Source: Malacoraja senta
Lineage: Eukaryota
DNA length: 64,000 nucleotides
Reading direction: 5' to 3'
Assembly (NCBI GenBank): GCA_038087875.1
Contig: CM075990.1
Location: forward strand, 13,952,001-14,016,000
A model generated the notes under the pieces. It made no database searches and was not told the origin of the DNA. It worked only from the letters and a program-made list of their open reading frames with translations. This document shows positions 58,150-64,000 of this stretch, in pieces (position 1 is the first letter of the stretch; every line of letters starts with the position of its first letter). The translations under genes and the position numbers were made by a program.

Positions 58150-60470
58150 ACATGGATAAGCTGCAAATCACTCTGTTCCTGCACATTCCTTCAAACTTTG
58201 TAGTTAGTCTCCATTGCCTCTCCCTGTCCTTCCTACCAAAATGTATCACCTCACGCTTCTTTGAGTTAAATTCCCGCTGTTACTCTTTTGCCCAATCTGC
58301 CTTCCCTGTGAGCATTAGTTAGTATCCTTGATTTGAACATAGGACATATACAGCACAGACACAGCCGCTTCAGTCCACGATTCAGTCTACAATGTCCATG
58401 CTGAACATAATGCCAAGTTAAACTAGTCACCTCTACCAGTATGTGATCCTTGTCCCTGCATTCCCTGAATATCCATGCGCCTATCCAAAAAACAAATGTC
58501 ACCATTGTATCTGTTCCCATCACCACCCCTGGCAGAACATTCCAGGTCTCCACCACTCAACTGTGCAAAAAAACGTACCTTGTGCATCTCCTTTAAACAT
58601 CGCTGCTCTCACGTTAACTATGCCCCTTGACTCTTTGCCATTTTCACAGAGGGAAAAGGGTTCTGACTGTCTGTCTTATCAATGCTGCTCATAATTTTAT
58701 AAACCCATCGGGTCTCTCCCTCAGCCTCTGACTCTCCTGAGAAAACAATCCAAGTGACGCCTGTATGGTCGTGAGTAGTCGCCCAAAGAGTCGTACCTTT
58801 TTCTGGCCGCCGCTGGATTTTCAACATGTTGAAAATTTTCGGAGACCTGCTGCGACTATGACGGGTGCCGGCAAGTCGCCGAAAAAAATCGCGTAAGTGG
58901 GACAGGCCCGCAATACATCCTAATCCAGGCAGCATTTTGGTAATCCTCTTCTGCACCCTCTCCAATGTATCCGCGTCATTCTTTTAATGGGGTGATCAGA
59001 ACAGCACACAATCTCCAAATTATTTGCAAATGTTAAACATTTACAAATATCCATGGTCCTTGAGGAACAACACTGCCCGCTGCCCTCTTGTCTGAAAAAA
59101 ATAATTCCATGACTGCTTTCTGTTCTTAAGCTAGTTTTTATCCATGTTGTCACAGATCAGAACAACAGACAGCCAACCATGTCATCTCTGGGTGCCCGCT
59201 CTACCACCCACCAAATGGAGCTCAGGGCCTGGTAGACATTGACGCCAGGCTGCTCAACACCCAGCTTGAGATTTAACTATTCCTTTGGTTTATGTTTCAT
59301 TCGCAAGAAGAAGAAGAAGAAGACACAGATCCTCCTATTCCATAATGCACGATTCTGTAGCTTTTCATCAAATCCATATAGACCACAATTCTCATGTAAC
59401 TTCATCAGAAGGTTCAATTATATCATATCGTATCGTATCGTAATTAGGTTAGTCAAGACACATTCTGTCTTTAATAAGTCTGTCCTTACTCTTGCTTTGA
59501 TTAGCTCAAATCTCTCCAATCATATTTCCCTCAGTATTGTTTCTGAAACCTTATTGGTGACCTTTGGAGTATCTTTGATCGGACTTTACTGCCTTTACCA
59601 TGCACTAAACGTTATTCCCATTATACTGTAAATGACTCGATTGTAATCAGGCATTGTCTTTCCGCTGACTGGATAGCAGGCAACAAAAAGCTTTTCATCG
59701 TACCTCGGTACACGTGACAATAAACTAAACTGAAACTGAAACGTTACCCACCACTGATGATAAACTGACAGATTTATGGTTACTAGGGATGTTCTTAAAC
59801 GTTTTCTGGAATAAATATTTTCAACTTGCCAATCCCATGGCGCCTTCCCGTATCTCGGCAAATTTGGAAGATTCTGACAAACCTCTCAGCTATTGTCTTA
59901 CTCACATACTTCCATTAACAACCTGAGATGCAAGTTATCCAGCCAGGGCTACCCTATCCACACCGAGCATTACTAATCAAAACATTATGATACCATTATC
60001 ACTGTGACCCAACCGCTGGCCCACTGACACTTGACCCTTGTGGCTCAGTCCAATCTCAAACAATCTGGCAAGTACTTCCTTCCTAATCAGGCCAAGATCA
60101 CCCTCTATAAGAAGGTTCCACTGACCATATTTGAGAAGTTCTGCCTATTCCCTTCTCTTTACTCTAACGTTATCTCAATTAATATTTGTGCAATTCAAAT
60201 TAAACTTTGCATTATCAACCCTTTGTAATTCTTGTGCATCTCTGCTATTTCCTGCAAGTTTGCTTCTTTATCTACCTCACTTTATTCAGTCTCATACAGA
60301 GTACCCCAGCAGTGGGATCACACCCTTTTTGCTTCATAACCCAAACGGAATGGATTCTGTTTGTACCCTCCCTCAGTGCTGCAACGCCTTCTCAAGTTAA
60401 TATTGAGATGTCAACTCCTTGTTCTTCTACCCTGCCTTTTCTTAACGTTTTGTAACTCTGGATATTAAGC
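58150..60470 (-). mobile_element. Long fragmented old CR1 with nested insertions
   Basis: MERVQKRITKMLPGL (58920-58965), VVETWNVLPG (about 58550) and more decayed CR1-like upstream sequence. Interrupted by MITE B and a Rex tail. Confidence 0.6.
58755..58909. mobile_element. Harbinger-type MITE family B, truncated, opposite orientation to 51572
   Basis: One TIR ...ATCGCGTAAGTGGGACAGGCCC. Interior is the reverse complement of parts of 51610-51920. Confidence 0.8.
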
Positions 60471-61324
60471 AGCCAGTTCAGTTTAGAGATACAGTGCGGA
60501 AACAGGCCCTTGGGTCCACCGAGTCCGCGCCGCTCAGCGATCCCTGCACATCAACACTACCTTACACCACGCAAGGGACAATTTACATTGATATCAAGCC
60601 ACTTGACCTAAAAACCTGGACATCTTTGGAGTGTGGGAGGAAACTGAAGATCTCGGAGAAAACCCATGCAGTTCACGGGGAGAACGTAAAACTCCGTACA
60701 GACAAACACCCATAGGCGGGATCGAACCCGAGTGTCTGGCGCTATAAGGCAGCAACTTTACTGCCCCGCCACCATGACGTCCTCTCCAGTTCTCTTCAGT
60801 TTTAAGTCAGGTTTCTATTACAGTTGTTACATCACATTTTCACTTCGCTACTTAGTATTTGGAGTTCACCAGCCTTATTCTCACACAGCGTATTAAGCTA
60901 AATATAGAGATATAACATGAAAACAGGCTCTTCGGCCCATTCAGTCCACACTGACCAGTAACCACCCGTTCCCTCTAGTTCTATGTTATCCCACTTTCAC
61001 ATCCACTCCCTACATAATAAGGGGCAATTTACAGAGGACAATTAACCGTCAACCCGCACGCCTTTTGGATGTTGGAGGAAACCGGAGTACACGGAGGAAA
61101 CCCACGTCGTCACAGAGAGAACGTGCAAACTACACACAGACACCACCCAAGGACAGGATTGAACCCAGGTCTCCAGCACAGTGAGGCACTGTGCCACCCT
61201 CGAAAACATATCTGCTGAATGCATACTTTGTACCCGGAGTCGCAGAGAGATACAGCACAAAAATAATCACCTTGGGCCACCAAGTCACACTGACGATCAA
61301 GCATTAATCGTATATTAATGCCGT

Positions 61325-64000
61325 TTTTTATTCTTTTATTAATTATTAATTTTTATTTTTTATTTTTTATTTATTAGAAGTACATTACATTACAACCACA
61401 TACATTAGTACTCGTCACATATATCTTCGTACAATTAATGTACTCTGTTTGTTTTTTACACTAGTAAAGGGAAAGGATGGGATTGAGAGAAAGAAGAAAG
61501 TGAAGGAAAAGGTGAAAGTGTAGAAAACGTGACAAGAAGAAAGAACGAAGACCCTATCAGAACAAAATTAAAAACAAAAGAAAAAGAGTTAAGAAATAGA
61601 CCCTAGAAAAGAAGATGAAAGAGAAAGAGGGAAAAGAGAAAAAGAAATAGTTTTTGTAAGCATCACGCAAATGGGACATACCAACTCTTCAACTTTCATC
61701 CCCCCTTACCTGACCTCAGTTTTTTTTTTAAGGTACTTTTGCACCCTATATTTGTAATAATTCTATAAATGCAGACCACGTCAGGTGGAAGTGATCTGGT
61801 TTACCTGCCAGGAGGAGTCTTATCTCTTCTAGGTGTAATGTTTCGAACGTATTTGAAATCCACATATTTATAGTTGGTATTGGAGCCTTTTTCCAAAATT
61901 TTAGGATTAGCTTTTTTCCAGTTATTAACCCATAGTCTATTAGTTTCTTTTGGAACACATTTAGTTCTGGACCATCTTCCGTTATTCCGAAGATAATCCA
62001 TTCTGCTTTGGGTATCAGTTTTATTTTAAATAATTTTGTAAAGATTTCAAAAATTTCAATCCAAAATTTTTGAATTTTTGTACAGAAAACAAATGAGTGC
62101 GCTATAGTAGCTTCTTGGGATTGACATTTATCACAAATGGATGATACATTGGGGAAAATTTTATGGATTTTAGTTTTGGAATAATATAATCTATGTAAAA
62201 TTTTAAATTGTATTAAAATGTGTCTTACATTAATCAAACATTTATGCACATTTAATAAGTGTTCATTCCACCTTTCCTTTGAAATTTTAATAGCTAATTC
62301 TTGTTCCCAGTCTCTTCTGATACCCTCCGTAGATGGTATTTCTACATTTAAGATAATATTATATAAATATGATATTAAGTTTGCTGATTCAGCTTTTATC
62401 TGCATTGCATCATCCAATACATCTGCTGGGCTATTATAATGATCTTTTGTATATTTTTTCAAATAGTCGCGTATTTGAAAATATTTAAAATATTGATTAT
62501 TTCCGAGTTTATATTTTATTTGTAATTGTTGAAATTAAAGTAATTTTCCAGTTTCATACAAGTCACCGAACGTTTTAATTCCTAGTCTATCCCAGTGTGT
62601 GAAAGATTTATCTATAATAGAGGGATTAAATGAAGGGTTATTAACTATGGGAGATAAAAGTGATAGATTTCTTAATTTTAAATTTTGTTTTATTTGTTTC
62701 CAAATTCGGATTGTGCTATGTATAATTGGGTTCTTATTATAATTTATGTTATTCAGTTTCATTGGTGAGAGGAGGATCGCTCCAATGTTTCCAGAGGAGC
62801 AATCCTTTCTCTCCATTACAATCCAGTCCACTTGCTGGGCAGAGTTATCCATCAGTTGAATCATATTTTTAATATTTACTGACCAATAATAATACATGAA
62901 ATTAGGTGGTGCTAAACCCCCTAATACTTTAGGGTTATTCAAGTGAGTTTTTTGTATTCTATGTGATTTATAGTCCCATATAAAATTAGTGATATCTGAG
63001 TCCAGTTTAAAAAAAAACTTCTTTGGTAAGTATATAGAAATCGATTGAAGTAGGTATAAAATTTGTGGTAGAAAGATCATTTTTATTGCATTTATTCGGC
63101 CTATTAAAGACATCGGGAGCGTTTTCCAAAATTTAATTAGTGTGTTTAATTTATTGAGTAGGGGATCAAAATTTGCTTTAAACATACCTTGATATGTTCT
63201 AGTAATTTCGATTCCCAAGTATTTGAATTTTTCTGTAGCTATTTTAAAAGGGAATTTTAAAAGATGTGTTGAATCTTTCGGTTTTATTGACATAATTTCA
63301 CTTTTATTCCAATTTATTCTGTATCCAGAAAAAGATCCAAAGTCTTCAATTAAATTTAATATATCTGGTATAGTGATTTGAGGTTTTGTAATGTACAGTA
63401 ATATATCATCCACGTATAAAGATATTTTATTATTTGAATCTTTAGTATTATACCCATGAATATCAGGGTGTATTCTAATTTTTTCTGCTAACGGTTCAAT
63501 AATAAGAGCAAACAACTGTGGTGATAATGAGCATCCTTGTCTATTTCCCCTTGATAGTTGGAATTTAGAGGATAATATGTTATTAGTTAATATTCTAGCT
63601 GTAGGTTTATTATATAATAATTTAATCCATAGAATAAAATTCTCTCCCAGTTGGAATTTTTGTAATACTTTATCCATATAATTCCATTCTACTTGGTCAA
63701 ATGCTTTTTCAGCATCCAGCGAAATAATTGATAATTCTTGTTCTTCAGATTTGTGTGAGTGCATTATGTTGAGTAAACGTCTCATATTGTTAGATGAGTA
63801 TCTCTTAGGGATAAACCCCGTCTGATCTGGGTTTATTAGTTTACTAATATATTTACTTAATCTTCTAGCTAATGTTTTTGCTAATATTTTTTGATCTGTG
63901 TTTAACAATGCTATAGCTCTATATGAACCCGGTTCTTCTATATCTTTGTCTTTCTTAAGTATTAGTGTAATCGTTGATTCCGCTAATGTATCAGGTCCAT
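61325..64000 (-). mobile_element. L1 LINE ORF2 (RT and C-terminal CCHC) plus 3' UTR and A-rich tail; continues past the window edge
   Basis: DQTGFIP, SLDAEKAFD, RGNRQGCSLSP, LYVDD, FKYLGI and CDKC-x8-H-x4-C. ORFs 62535-63908 and 61746-62462 are in the same frame, separated by one stop. T-rich tail on + at 61325-61375. Confidence 0.95.

Overview
Repeat-dense vertebrate non-coding DNA, either a large intron or intergenic. The repeat set points to a cartilaginous fish, probably a skate or ray (inferred from the repeat families, not from a search): HE1-like tRNA/V-domain SINEs with (GTTTA)n tails, HER1/CR1 LINEs, DeuSINEs, Penelope-like elements and Rex/Babar. I can find no host protein-coding gene. 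Every recognisable protein ORF is transposon-derived: CR1 RT (24183-25199), Penelope GIY-YIG (36764-37261), L2 (52394-53044), Tx1 (47668-48003), L1 ORF2 (61746-64000) and a Gypsy integrase piece (16011-16143). A 200-N gap lies at 42671-42870. Best observations: (1) roughly 20 minimal hammerhead-ribozyme motifs in Penelope termini, with stem II variation that preserves pairing, in tandem and fold-back arrangements; (2) two different PIF/Harbinger MITE families that share an internal TTTCAACATGTTGAAA palindrome; (3) a 350-bp single-LTR Gypsy relic that still has a perfect 4-bp TSD; (4) repeated independent insertions into one short segment of the HE1 SINE; (5) young teleost-like CORE-SINE and L2 copies; (6) candidate recursive-splice and micro-exon sites, and an NF-kB/octamer/ETS/CRE/RFX motif cluster. 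Boundaries of old repeats are approximate, about +/-20 bp.
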